This document shows positions 40,531 to 54,260 of a stretch of 64,000 nucleotides of DNA, piece by piece. Each line of letters starts with the position of its first letter. Within the stretch, counting starts at the first letter, position 1. The notes beneath the pieces are model-generated. The model worked only from the letters and a program-made list of their open reading frames with translations. It was not told the origin of the DNA and did no database searches. The stretch spans positions 10,726,001-10,790,000 of the forward strand of contig OX597831.1 of NCBI GenBank assembly GCA_951406725.2. Direction: 5' to 3'. A program made the position numbers and the translations under genes. The stretch is from Octopus vulgaris. Taxonomy: Eukaryota.

Positions 40531-42164
40531 AGAGTATGTAATTTGGGCAACCGTGAAAGTATCCCAGAATGTTTTTGAGGCATGATTGCACGGATGATGT
40601 TTTCGGTAGTTGCCCATACGAAGCTTATAAGAAGGATTTGAGATGCATATTATAGGTCAAAGAAAGACGTACAATAATCAGTGCCTCCCCATTTTCGACA
40701 TACACTGTACAGCACTTTATACGCTTTGCTCACATTTAGTTGAACTGTTGCATTGACTTTTATGACGGAATGAGAAATGAAGTAACATGACACTCGTTAA
40801 AACAGATCTGCTGCACCTTTCACGCCTTCTATATTGAATAGGATTAAACTGTTCCGAGAAATAAGATTATATTTTTATTTCTTACTCAAGTTCCACACGT
40901 ATATCTTTGATGTGGTGCATTTTATGGTAACGGAAATTTGCCGGATTACTTTTCACAGTAAGAGGATTATTTAGTTCTCTAAGATGGAGTCCTACTCTAT
41001 TCCAGAATATTTAATTTTTCACCAGTTCCGTTTCTTCAGTTTCCGAGAATAAGTTAGTAATATGATTTAAATTTAAAATGTTTCCCATAAAATAAATAGT
41101 TAATTTCTTTTTGATGATCTGGAGTTCCCATAAATAAAGCATCGATGCTATTTATTTCAGAGTCGGTGATACAACAACGATTGACCTTCATGCATTTCGC
41201 AAGTGTGTTATTAGAGTAAGTTAAATAACTTCGTGTAGATCTCTTGGCGAGATTGCAGGATCCGTTCACCGGAATCATACCAACTACGTCTAGCATGCTG
41301 GTCAGTCAGATGTTTAATTACAAACACATATGCCAGCTGCATCACATCTATTGATTTCAGTTTTGGAGATATATTGAAGTTTGAGCTTCATGGATTTCTC
41401 TAGAGTCTCCGCAAAGAAAGTTAGATAACTTCGAAAAGAATTTTAGCCTAGATTGTTGGCACATTCACCAGGAACTTCCTAGCCACGCCAAGCATGGCCA
41501 GCTCGTTAATTACAAACGCGCACCAGAAGGCTTCATTTCCGCGCCATTCGAATATTTTCTTTCGATTTAACTTTTTATTTTTCACTTTGCTTCTTCATTT
41601 AGAAGACAGTTGTTTTATCTTACACAACGATCCATTTTCGTGTGTATCGAGAATCACACATTTCCTGCAATGTTGACGAAATATATTGATTGTAAGAATT
41701 CTTACCTTCCTGTACAGCGGTTAATTGGATTAATATCACTCGAAAAGTGTCGTGGCGTAGCTGTTATCGCCGTTGACAAAATTCCTTGTGTTATTTTGCT
41801 CCAGTCTGCGACACTAGCTTCCAATCTTACCGTTTCCTTAAATTTACCAATGTCGACTTTGCTGTTTATCCTCCCAGAGTCGATAAATTAACGTTCCAGT
41901 AAATTAGTGAGATCGATTTAATCATTTCCATTTCCACTGTACCCCAGCCCCAAAGCATTTGTGCTGTTGTGCTAGCGGGATAAATAGATAATCTTAAGGC
42001 TTGCAGAATTAGTGCAGACTCGGAGAAAATTCCACATGATATGTAATTACGGTCAATGACATTCGGATTTCGTTTCACACCGTGGCCAACTTTGTTGTGT
42101 ATTCTTTCTCGGCCGATGAAATAATACTCCAATCAAGTCTGGGGATGGGTGAAATTGCTGCTCC

Positions 42165-42213
<49 letters not shown>

Positions 42214-42938
42214 AATTTTCTCTCTTTCACTCTCTTTCATTTACTCTCACTTTCTCTTACATCCTTCTCACTTTCCCCCCTCTCCAGATTTGAATAAAAC
42301 AAGGCGATCGAACTACGAGCTAAATAACTAGTCATAAAAAAACATATTGCTGAAGAAACTGTCGAAATAAACCGAAGTAAACGTTTGTATTAGGTATTAC
42401 GGTCATCAAAAAGTCTCTGTGCGGCGGGCAGCCCTGGCCTCGCTCAAGAAGAGCTGAAATCGATTGAATAAGTAAAACCCTACCCAGTTCTTGAGAGTTG
42501 TGGCGTTGTAGCAGTGTTAGAAATCAATATTCTTTCCATTGTTCTATTCTGCTGAGATGGGATTTTCGTCTTTTGTTCTCTGATTTTTACATCGGATTTA
42601 ATTTTTTGGTTCAATTACTAATTTGTGTTATTGAAACGAAGGATTCAATGATGTGAATTAAATTGGCTTTAACATTGCTTTGACTACATATGTTTGTTTA
42701 GATACTTGGAACATCGAGTTCAAAGCATCTGACAACGTAAAAGACGTTTCACATTCTGAATAAAACTATACAGTTTGGGATTAACTATAAAAATACTTGC
42801 ACAAAGTTCTTTGCTAAGTTTCTAATTCGACTTTATATTCTGACTGTTGCAACGATGGCATAAAATAACGGTTTTTTTGCAGATTTAAACTGAGATATTT
42901 TCGGCTTCTACCTATTTAGGTTGAATATATATATATAT

Positions 42939-43058
42939 GGCCTTCTCGTTTAGCCAGCGGGGTGGCGTCATTTGAAGGCTAAAACAATGCGAAGCGCATT
43001 GTGACCAGCGATGTGTAGCAACATCTGATAGCCTGGCCGGTCACGGTGATCAAGGTGA
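42939..43058 (+). mobile_element. Short RTE-like 3' end inserted in (TA)n
   Basis: Encodes RLASGVASFEG*; inverted copy at 47885-48012. Confidence 0.7.
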
Positions 43059-43589
43059 TATATATACACACACACACACACAAACACACACATATATATA
43101 ATTAATTAATAACGTGCAAGTAGTCCTATGAGGGATGTCTCTTATGTGTTTAAATGTACATTGTATTTATATACATATATATATATATGTGGGTGTGTGT
43201 GTGTGTGTGGGGGGGGTGAGTGAATGTATATATATGTTTATATATATACAGATATATAACGTGAAATATATATATGTGTGTATGTATGTATGTATGTTTA
43301 TAGGTATCTATGTATATATGAACGTGCGTTTGTATGTATATGCCTCTATCTACGTGTTTATGTATTATTGTAACTAAAGTAATTTAGTTTCTGTTCGCAG
43401 CTCTGTTTCTTTAACGGCTGTACACAGCCAACGTCACATCGCTTCCTTGCAAAATATGTCGCCATGTCTGCTTCTCAGAAGAGAACAAACTAGGCGGGAG
43501 TTGTCGTGCAACATATTATTAGCGTTCGCTTTATTAGTATTACTCTCGGTATTCTTCATCAAGTTGAAACAAACACAAACCTCCCTTAA

Positions 43590-43815
43590 CCATAACTTAA
43601 TAAGTTGGGAAGCTTACTGCCTAGATCTGTCTGAGTGGCGTAAAATGTGTCAAGATGAAGCTAAACAATTTGAGTTACAGAAACAAAGCAATACAAAAAC
43701 CATCTCCTGTAATCAACAGAAACATTTGCCCAATCCCAGTCGAAATCATCGTTGTCTCCATTCTGAATTCATAGCAATTTCCATACCTGGACTCAAATTA
43801 TATTCACATAGATAT
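43590..43815 (+). mobile_element. Old RTE-clade 3' fragment
   Basis: SWEAYCLDLSEWRKMCQDEAKQFE..RC..SIPGLKLYSHR resembles the RTE C-terminus. Confidence 0.55.
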
Positions 43816-44149
43816 AACTTAACTTTTCAATCCTTTTTCATGTTTTTCACGTTTATTGTTTATTTTTAATGTTTTCTGTCAAACACTCATAAGTCGAAAT
43901 CAAACGAAGGTGGTCATCATACTTCTTTATGTTCTGAGCACAAAGTCGGGCGAGGGGAGCTTTGCTGCTTATTCTTACGGAGTCGATAAAGTATAGCAGC
44001 AGTCAAGTACTGCAGGTAAAGTAATCGACTACACCCACCCATTCCCCACCAACAGTTGTAGGTGTTGTGTCAAAATTTGAAATAATTATTATGACAATTA
44101 CTATTTTATACATCTCACAACGTATGTTATTCATCAACAGTACTTTGTA

Positions 44150-44400
44150 GTAAAGATTGTTTGCCAATATAATATGGCAGTCCTGGTTTAGGACGAATGT
44201 TGCTGTAATTTAGCCACAGAAGACATCGTTTCCAGTTGGCTATACGACACGATCTTTGTCCTTATATTTTCGAACAAGGGAATATAGTACCCCCACTCAG
44301 CTCAAAACAATATCTGTGTATCGCGATTTCCTGGGGCTAAATTACAGCAGCATTCGTCCTAAACCAGGACTGCCATGTTATGTTGGCAAACAATCTTTAC
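44150..44400. mobile_element. MITE with ~70 bp terminal inverted repeats and TA flanks
   Basis: TA|gtaaagattgtttgcc...ggcaaacaatctttac|TA; arms match 66/70. Confidence 0.88.
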
Positions 44401-44741
44401 TACTGAGATCAATTCCTAAGATATATTTTGATGTCTTTCAATGAAATATGTAAGTTCTCATTTGGCAGTTGCTGCTCTCCGTTTCTTTTCGTCTCTCTCT
44501 GTCTGCCTTTCTTTGTTGCTTTCTTTTACTTTCTTTCTCTCTATCTATCTCTCTCCCTTTCTCTCTCTCTCTCTCTCTTCTCCACTCTCTTTCTTTCTCT
44601 CTTTTTCTCCCTCTCAGTCCTTGTTAGTAAATACTAAAGAAAACGCTCAACATGACAGGAATGCGCACCAGCCTCCTCAGCAATCGTAATATGACGATTT
44701 CCGTCTCCCTAATATCTATATACGTACATACATATATATAC

Positions 44742-44830
<89 letters not shown>

Positions 44831-45202
44831 TGTTAGGAAGAAAGATTGAACCAGCAAAACATGCGGTATCACCTCAGAGCATGTAATTTATAATTCAATC
44901 CTAATTGCAGAGTTGCATAAAGTCTCTTGCAGCGGTGAGAGTCTTCATGCATTCCTTCTTAATCCCTTATTTACTATCGCCATTCTGCAATTATGTTTGA
45001 GTTACATTATCAGATGATAAAACATGTTTTGCTTGTTCACCCTTTCTGTCTAATATATATCTAATATATATCTAATATATCTATCCGCCGCGCAATGATG
45101 AAACTACTTATAGCCATTCTTTGCTAGGCAGCTACAACACCACTGTTGCTTCATTTCGGAGTTTTAGTGTTAAACGAAGCCGAACACCTATCAAATATAC
45201 AT

Positions 45203-45232
45203 ATTAGATTACGTCATTTGACGTAATCTAAT
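45203..45232. promoter_or_regulatory. Perfect 14 bp-arm palindrome with two bZIP-type sites
   Basis: attagattacgtca-tt-tgacgtaatctaat. Confidence 0.45.
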
Positions 45233-46108
45233 CTCTCTGTCACTTTCTCTTCTCTCTCTCTCTCTCTCTCTCTCTGCATGCAGCTGTCTATCTTTCTATC
45301 TTACATAGTTAAGCACATATCATTTGTGTTAAATTCCAGTCCCGTTTTCAGATTTTCCATTTCTATTACTCGCTTTGTCTACAGCCTTCTCTTTCAGCTT
45401 TCATTCCACACCTTCTCTCTGTATAATTATATCTTTCTTTTCTTATGAATCTCCACCCCCTCCAATTCTCACTGTCACCAAACAAAACTTCCCCCATTGA
45501 TCTTATTTTCTAGCTTTTATCAACCTCCTACTCAATGGAAGCTTCTGCTCCTTTTGACACTTTACATACGATTGTACATAGATATATAGGAATGTGTATT
45601 CTCTGAATCCAGTTCGTTTTAAGAGGCTGCAGCTGCGCAAAAATACCCTTCTCTGTATCTGTTGTCAAAGAAATGTGGAAAACCTCATATACGCATATAT
45701 ATATATACACATACATGAGCGCATGTATACTTACAAAGATACGAACATATATACAGACACATACACACGTATATGAAAAAGTACAAAACGCATACACGGA
45801 ATGTACACGTACCTTCGTAACCTACGCACCCAAGTGCTCATGCGTGTATCTATGCATTTCGTAATGGAAGGCATTATGAAATGATATGTACGTGATATAT
45901 GAAAGCGAGGCTTAAACAAATCATACACTGCGTAAGATTCAACTCATTTGACGATAACGTTTCCCGAAAGATACAATTATCATTGTACAGTTGAATAAAC
46001 CAATGACTTGTGCAATGTTAAAATTGCATGCAGTTTGGTTTGAAATCATGAACCATAATGCGGAACCTTGTTAATATATTTTCCCTCTTATATATATACA
46101 TATGTGTA

Positions 46109-46139
<31 letters not shown>

Positions 46140-46440
46140 ACTGATATAAATATAATTATGTACATGTGTGTGTGCATATATGTATTATATATGCAAAAAA
46201 TAGACACATACATAGATATACACACACATACATACATAGAAATATATATACATATATATATATATATATATCGACACACACACACACGCACACAAACACA
46301 CACACATATACAAACATACATAGAATGTCAAAGAAGAGTGGAGATAGGTTGCTACATAAATGGATTTTGTTCAATATACATACTATATACACTGACGTAT
46401 ACAAATATACATATGTGTGTGTGTGGATGTGTGTGTGTGG

Positions 46441-46475
<35 letters not shown>

Positions 46476-47619
46476 TGGTTTAGATTCCAGGAACAAACGA
46501 ATGCGTACGCAGGAGTGAAATATTCTTGTATTTTGTGATACAAAAACATAAAAATCACTCACTGAAGCCTTGTTGTAGAATTAGATATCATGCAACCTTC
46601 TTCAAAGAACAACAATTCACATACACACGTGTATTTGCATATCCTATTTTTAAGTTCGAAAGTATATATGTATAAACTTTTACGTGTGCGCGTGTGTATC
46701 ATCGCGTATATTCATGTGAACGTTTGAATAAAGATGGTGAAAAATGTAGGCATGACAATATACACCATATATTCCATAAATACAGCACTATCTACATTAT
46801 GGATTCATCCTGATGAACGGGTATGCCACTATATGTATGTTATTATTCAGCTTTATTTCAAGATTTCTTGCAAATAGACAAAGAGCCGGTTTCTAACCTG
46901 CATCCAACGTTCTTTCATTAGAATTTCAACATCAATAGGTTATTTGTGCATGTTTGTATGTATGTGTGCAGTATTTGGAGTGAGTGTATGTGCAGATTTG
47001 TATGCTTTGGTATATGCATGTATTTTCATGCATATAGTTGCATGTCTAGACGTGTGCATATATACTTAAATGCTAAACTTCTGGAAAGCTTTACAAATCT
47101 TTACAGTTCCATTGACGGTTTGAATCTATAATATTCGAATTAGCTCCTTTCTGATTTTGAGGAATCTAGTTTCATAATATAGGCACTTAGACAGTTTGTT
47201 ACATAGCCCAGGGCCCCAATAATTACAGGTATAAACTTTCAACTTGTAATCTGAGTAGAGCAACTGTAATTTCTCAATAGTTCAGTGCAGATGTTTTCTT
47301 TTCCACTACCTTTATGTTGACGTCCCCTGAGCAGCTGATTTCCACTACTATACACAGTTTCACATATTTGTCCAAAATCCCAATGTCTGGTCTATTATGT
47401 TTGCCTTTTATTGAGATTTTCGCTGGGATATTACGCCAGTACTCTTTTCTCATATTATGAGTGGTTATGACTCTATTATACTGTGGGTTCTTATCTCTTT
47501 GCCTCAGGATTTTCTTTCCGACTGATCTCATTGTAGTGTGTCTTGGCTACAACATACTATCGCATCAGTAATTAATACAGCGATAACAACTGCTTATGGT
47601 TTAGGATATATCCACAAAA

Positions 47620-47817
47620 GGCGGCGAGCTGGCAGAAACGTTAGCGCGCCGGACGAAATGCTTAGCTGTGTTTCGTCTGTCGTTACGTTCTGAGTTCAAA
47701 TTCCGCCGAGATCGACTTTGCCTTTCATCCTTTCAGGGTCGATACATAAAGTACAAGTTTCGCACTTGTCCTTGTTTGTCCCCTCTATGTTTAGCCCCTT
47801 GTGGGCAGTAAAGAAAT
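47620..47817 (+). mobile_element. SINE family A with 14 bp TSD, nested in LINE
   Basis: atatatccacaaaa at 47606-47619 and 47818-47831. Confidence 0.95.
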
Positions 47818-47884
47818 ATATATCCACAAAATCACATGCATAAATCCATACATGTACACATCCAAATATATATATATATATATA

Positions 47885-48012
47885 TCACCATCACATCACC
47901 ATCACATGACCGACCAGGCTCTCAGATGTTGCTAGACATCGCTGGTCACAATGCGCATCGCATTGTTTTAGCCTTCAAATGACGCCACCCCGCTGGCTAA
48001 GCGAACAGGCCA
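47885..48012 (-). mobile_element. Short RTE-like 3' end
   Basis: WPVRLASGVASFEG*; reverse complement of 42939-43058. Confidence 0.7.
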
Positions 48013-49092
48013 ATATATATATATACATGTGTGAATGTCTGATCTTTTAGACATATGTATATATGTATGTTTACCAACAACTCTGCCCCTCTTGTAGAGC
48101 AGGATTTTGGCGGATATTTCCTGTTCCTGAATAGCAAATGCGTAACCTTCAAATTGAGAGTTAGAAATCCGGTTGTTGGTCCATGGAAGACTGCTTTGAT
48201 TATCAATGTTACTATCATCCCGGAGCTTTCTCCTGACATATTCATGCATGGTCTCCTGCTGACATACGTCCATCATTTCATCTGATGATGCTTTGTGTTA
48301 GGGTGGTGCAACTTCTTCATGGTATCTACTCAAAACTATCATTCAACAAGTGTTGCTTGAGCGGTACTTTCTGTGTCTCATGAAATTGTCTGCCACGTGA
48401 ACGCAAATTTGGTCGAGGAATGCGCTTCGAAGTTTAGAAGTTAGAAGCTGTTGCAGAAGTGATATGATATGACGTTGGTAGGCAGTCTCGATAGACATTA
48501 ATACTCTGTCCCCTTGTTTTCGTTTTCGGAAGAAGCTGTCTACTCGTTGCTGATATGGAAATTACTGGTGTCGGGCTGTATCTTCCTGGTTTTCACATTG
48601 ATAGCTGGCATCTCATCAGGCATCCAATCATGTAGCACAAGCGTTCGTATGAGTAGCGCTGTTGCAAACACACTGTGGGCAACTGTTTTATTGAATGCAG
48701 AGAGTTCCGAGTTCCAGATTTCCCACATCTGGTTGTAATATTGTTTAGTGTCACGTGCCTTGTTATAGGTACCATCGTGTATGCGCGCGCGCATGTATAT
48801 GTATATATTTGTAGATATATAGACAAACAGATATATATATAGGCAGACAGATAGATACATAAGTTTAGAGCCAGACGGGCACGCGGACAAACAGACCGAC
48901 GGACTGACATAGATACATGCATAAACAGTTGATGGATAGATAGGTAGAGAGATAGAGAAAGAAAGAGAGAGACAGACACACAGACAAGCAGACAGACACA
49001 CAGAAACGCAGACAGACACACAGACAGACACACGATACACACACACACGCCCGCACAAACACACACACACTGAATGACGGATAGCTAGAGAC

Positions 49093-49144
<52 letters not shown>

Positions 49145-49186
49145 GTAGGTAGGTAGGTAGGTAGGTAGGTAGGTAGGTAGGATAGG

Positions 49187-49274
<88 letters not shown>

Positions 49275-49524
49275 CAGAGGCATAGGCAGAGATATAGGTG
49301 AGTAGATAAATTGACGATATTATCACAATTCTCCAAGGTTGTCACGTGGTGTTGACGTGAATTATAATAGATTGCCCATTGATTGACTCTTGAAATCTTC
49401 AGAAAATGAGAATATCACGTACATTTTGACAATACTTCGCCATGATTGATTTGTCCAAAAACACAAAACGAAATTGTTCGCTTCTGTTCAAACAAGTCAG
49501 CGATCTGAATTGCTGATATTCTCC

Positions 49525-49628
49525 ATGGCCAGGGAGAACGCTATGTCTGCAGCGGAATCTTTACACGATCTTTCTAACAGCTGTCAACCTCAACCATTTC
49601 TGCTCGTTTCAGTATTGACGCTTTGGAG
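49525..49628 (+). CDS. Weak candidate alternative first exon MARENAMSAAESLHDLSNSCQPQPFLLVSVLTLW (phase 2)
   Basis: ccATGG context, 34 open codons, donor GAG|gtaaca; CACGTG and TGACGT motifs ~170 bp upstream. Confidence 0.25.
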
Positions 49629-49904
49629 GTAACAAATTGTGAAGCAGATTAAATTTTAAATTCTTCCTCTTGTTTTGTTTTGTTTTGTTTTTGTTTTTTG
49701 GGTTTTTTTTTTTGTCTGGCCATGGTTTTGGTTATTAAATGTAAATGAAAGAAAAAAGATTTTCTTCACTTTTTCAGAAAAAGATTGTCCACTTATTTAG
49801 CCATTCTCTTCAAACATTTATCTAATTTCTAACACATATGTGTGTGTGCGTGGGCTCGTTAGTGTGTGTGTATATGCGTGTGTGTATATGTATGTATATA
49901 TGTA

Positions 49905-49940
<36 letters not shown>

Positions 49941-49953
49941 TGTGTGTGTGTGT

Positions 49954-49994
<41 letters not shown>

Positions 49995-51173
49995 CATACA
50001 TTCATACATACATATACATACATATATATGCTTTTAGAATTACCTAATAGAACATGAAACATTTACACTCACAAAAGTGGATGGAGCTTTGGTCAGGAGG
50101 CGTATTTGATGCCATCAAACCATATCCAACATCATCTGGCTTTTTGACCTTGAACCGTGATACCATCACGTTGAAGAATCGGCAGAGTTGGCCAAATTTT
50201 TGCTCATCATTTCCTCTTAGCTACCAGCTTAAATCCTTACTCTAACACAATAACTTAATTATATATTAATACATAAACGGTAAACAGTTTTTAAAATAAC
50301 ACACTTGTGCGTATAGTCATTTATAATGTTTGAAGAAAAGTTGAACGGCGTTAGATGTAAGATTGATGCAAACAGGTTTTCCTAAAGCAAAGCCCTATGC
50401 TTCTAGCACGAAAGTTTCTCTGAGAAAAAATTAATGAAGTTAGAAGAATTATTATCCTTTATATATTTCTAGATGTACAAAATAATATGGGTAGTTTCTA
50501 GTCTGTACTTTCTGGAAATCGGGTACATGAATATATAAGATAAGGGAAATTTGTTATGTGTAAAAGTAGAAAAATAATTCTCTCTCTTTACTTTTAATAA
50601 TCAAAATCCTGGTTAGATAAAAAAAAAAAAAGCAAGATCCATCAGAAGAAGAAATGCTAATTTATGTAATGCCAGCCATCCTGTTCGCAGTTTGAACACT
50701 GACCCTGCGTTGCCCGTGTGTGTTGGGTAGGGAGGGGACAGAACTGGACACATAGAATAGCAGCAGCCAGCCGTTTCCAAAAGTCTGGTGGTTTTATCCA
50801 AGTGAATTATCACCGTGGGAGCGATACTGGTTGTTACTGGTTGTTAACTGTAGCTGCCAGAATTGAATCCTGTTTCGATCCAATTGCATGGAAACTTATG
50901 CAAGGGCTTTGATCAACAGATACTGTTGACACGACTTGGGTACAGAGAATTTTATCCGATTGAATGCATCTTTTGTAGAAAGAGTCAACAATAGCCACAC
51001 AGTGTTTTCGGAATACTCAACCTCTTCATGCTAATATAGAAGACTTACTTACAATGTAAAACTATGCGAATGTGTATGTAGGAATATGTTTGGATGAAAG
51101 AACAGGTTGCGCAGATGTTTTCTCCTTAAGCGGTGCATAGTTTATATACAACCTATATATGTACAGTGATTAG

Positions 51174-51235
<62 letters not shown>

Positions 51236-51239
51236 AATG

Positions 51240-51286
<47 letters not shown>

Positions 51287-51349
51287 GTTCTAAAATCTAC
51301 ACACCCGTGGTTTTTTTGTCTCATTACGAAAAAAATATTTATATATAAA

Positions 51350-51620
51350 GAAGTCCGTCGCATATACACACACACACACACACACACACATGTACATGTA
51401 CATATATATGTTTTTGTTTGTATCTGTTATCTCACCATCGCTTGTCAACCGATGTTGGCGTGTTTACGTACACCGTAACCTAGCGGTTCGGCATAAGAGA
51501 CTGCTAGAACGAGTAGCAGACTCACAAACAATAAGTGTCATGGGTTCGATTTGTTCGACTAAAGGCGGTGCTCCAGACTGGCTACAGTTAAATAACTGAA
51601 ACAAGTAAAAGAATAAAAGA
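51350..51620 (+). mobile_element. SINE family B, 3' part
   Basis: cgcttgtcaaccgatg..tagcggttcggc..ctaaaggcggtgctccag..actgaaacaagtaaaagaataaaag. Confidence 0.85.
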
Positions 51621-51648
51621 ATATATATACATACATACATACACACAT

Positions 51649-51831
<183 letters not shown>

Positions 51832-52974
51832 CACTGTGTAAAACCTGTGAATATCATATGCATTGCCTATGTAAAATTTGCCTATAACCAGCTTACAACC
51901 GGTTCCAATTTATAGTCGAACTGGAACTAACCTTCGTTGCAGTTCAATTGGATGTTTATATTAAGAACAATAAGACATTAAAACACACTGAAACTTTACC
52001 CTAACACTTAAGTCTAGACGTTTTAATACATTCGGACACTTTCTCTGCATTTCGTTTTTTTTTCTTGTTCTTGTTCTCTCCTAATACCTAGATATCTGCC
52101 CTTCATTTTGACAGATTTGCGTAAGTTATTGTTTTTCTGCCAGCATTTTGACATAAGAACTTTCGGTGAATGTTATCCATACTGAAATACCAACGAAAAT
52201 ATGAACAGGATAACGGGAATACAATATGACTGCTGAATAATTTTGCATATAAATATATACTTTTTATATTGTTCTTCGTGTTACTTGTGGTTTTCAATGT
52301 TGTTGTTGTTGTTGTTAGTCTTGCTTATTTCTGACTCGAATAAATCTAATTTGACCAGTTATAATCAAACAGATCTATGATATAAAGATATTCCTACCAT
52401 CACCACCATATTAATGTTTTGCAAAAGTTTTCGAACCAGAAAAATCGTATTTTTCGTATCCAAGGGGTAATTTGAGCGAGATTTGGTTGTTATTTCAAGT
52501 AGTGAGATACCACGCAGTAGACGTTCGCACGTCGATTCTCACTCTGCTTCCTCTCCGCATAAAAAAATATCTAATGTCTTGAATATATTTCTATAGTATA
52601 CTAATGGGTAACTGAATATACATTCTTCAATCACATGTGATTCGCCTAGTTATTGCGGCGACGACGGGACAGATGATTGTTAAATATTAATATGAAACAG
52701 GGATAGATTTTTGAATTTGAAATTTAAAACATTACGAAGAAAAATGCACAAAAGAATTCACATATTTATTTATTTATTTTTACCTCTTTCAAAGTGTATA
52801 CAAGGCCCAGTCGGTTGGTAATCATATCCAGATCTCTTTCACTGTTTTTAAGAATCGTCTGCATTGTATAACCTGTGACATATTGATTAAATATTTTACA
52901 AAGTGAGGCATTAACTTTCAAAATGAACAAAATTATTTGCCTCTCAAACCCTCTTTCATGGAACCGAAGGGATG

Positions 52975-53228
52975 ATAGTCCAGTGACGAGGAAGTGCAAA
53001 CTAGTGAAGAAGTGGCTCAAAGAACATCCAACAGAATTTTACGGGGCAGGGATACATGGTCTCATTCGAAGGTGGAACATTGCTATTGAGAGAAACGGTG
53101 ACTATGTTGAGAAGTAGGAATGTGATCGACAGAGGACCAGCTTCATTTTGATGTATGATACATGTTCCTGTGTTGGTAATTATACCTGTCCTCAACAAAA
53201 TGGCGTTACTTTTTGTCTCACCCTCGTA
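52975..53228 (+). mobile_element. Mariner 3' remnant (transposase C-terminus plus right TIR)
   Basis: [37 protein letters not shown]; ends ttactttttgtctcaccctcg|TA. Confidence 0.88.
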
Positions 53229-53259
53229 CACACACACACATATATATATGTATATACAT

Positions 53260-53341
<82 letters not shown>

Positions 53342-53402
53342 GTATATATACATATATATATACATATATATATGTATATATACATATACATATATATATG
53401 TA

Positions 53403-53596
53403 TCGCCATGATAGATCGTTAGCCACTACACACATTTTTTACTCTCCTTGTTTTTTCTGTGTCTCTTTCTGTAGAAGAGCGTAGGCTCGAAACGTAAAAT
53501 ACTTTTTCTATTCCTGAGCGTTATACTAATGCATCTGTTTGTTTTGTACACCACCTGTCTTCGTCTTTTGTTGTTTTTTTTCGTAAATTTTCCCTA

Positions 53597-53597
<1 letters not shown>
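53403..53597 (+). mobile_element. Penelope-type repeat with hammerhead-like motif (53466-53499)
   Basis: ttt-CTGTAGA-A-gagc-gtag-gctc-GAAA-cgt-A-aaa; embedded in (TA)n; second copy at 31497-31730. Confidence 0.62.
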
Positions 53598-53655
<58 letters not shown>

Positions 53656-54260
53656 AGAGTTTACAAACAGTTTCTATCAATTAAATGCATTCTCATGGTT
53701 CTAGCTAAAACCACTTACTCAAAGTACAGCGGAGTGGGACTGAAGGCGAAATGTTGGTGATGCAAAGAGAGCTTCATTTACTACCAGACCATAAGTGTGA
53801 TTATATTCTCCACTTCATAATAATACAGAAACTTCGAGATCTCAAAATGAACTTGAAATAAATCCGTTTTAGTACATTGAACCCTGAAGCATATATATAT
53901 AAATTTATAAATATTGGGTTAAAACCTCTTTGGACATAAATAAAAAAAGGTGAAGATAGTTCCTCGAACTCGAACCCACATCTCGTGTAAGCATGACTGG
54001 TTTTCTACCATTAACCAAAAGCAATCCTTCGGACTTTACTATTCATAGATATATATTTCAAACCTAACACTGCTGCAGATGCTACTCAGAGTTTTCCGGA
54101 GTATATATTACGTTGAATAGCAATGTCTATCCACAGTCTTACAGATATGAGAGTGTGTATGAACATGAACGTGTATGTATTTATACATGTGTGTGTATAC
54201 ATACATACATTAATGCATAAAATTAACACACGCATACGCACACACACACACACACACACA

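Larger units (their letters stand above)
46840..48480 (-). mobile_element. R4/Dong-like LINE 3' portion (restriction-like endonuclease, 3'UTR) with nested insertions
   Basis: KHNRPDIGILDK..CIVVEISC (PD-D/E motif), SQFEGYAFAIQEQEISAK, C-terminal TVKICKAFQKF. Confidence 0.85.

Noticed and set aside
46805-46830. CTGATGA hammerhead core
   Set aside because: No helix II followed by GAAA downstream; truncated or chance.
50062-50220. Minus-strand open frame RGNDEQKFGQLCRFF..SSIHF with donor gtgagt (similar case at 41706-41805)
   Set aside because: No polypyrimidine acceptor, phase incompatible with the 33957 exon, and no homology.
53958-54030. tRNA-like sequence on the minus strand (tggttaatggtaga, ggttcgagttc)
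   Set aside because: A and B box remnants only; acceptor and anticodon stems do not pair, so a decayed SINE head rather than a tRNA gene.
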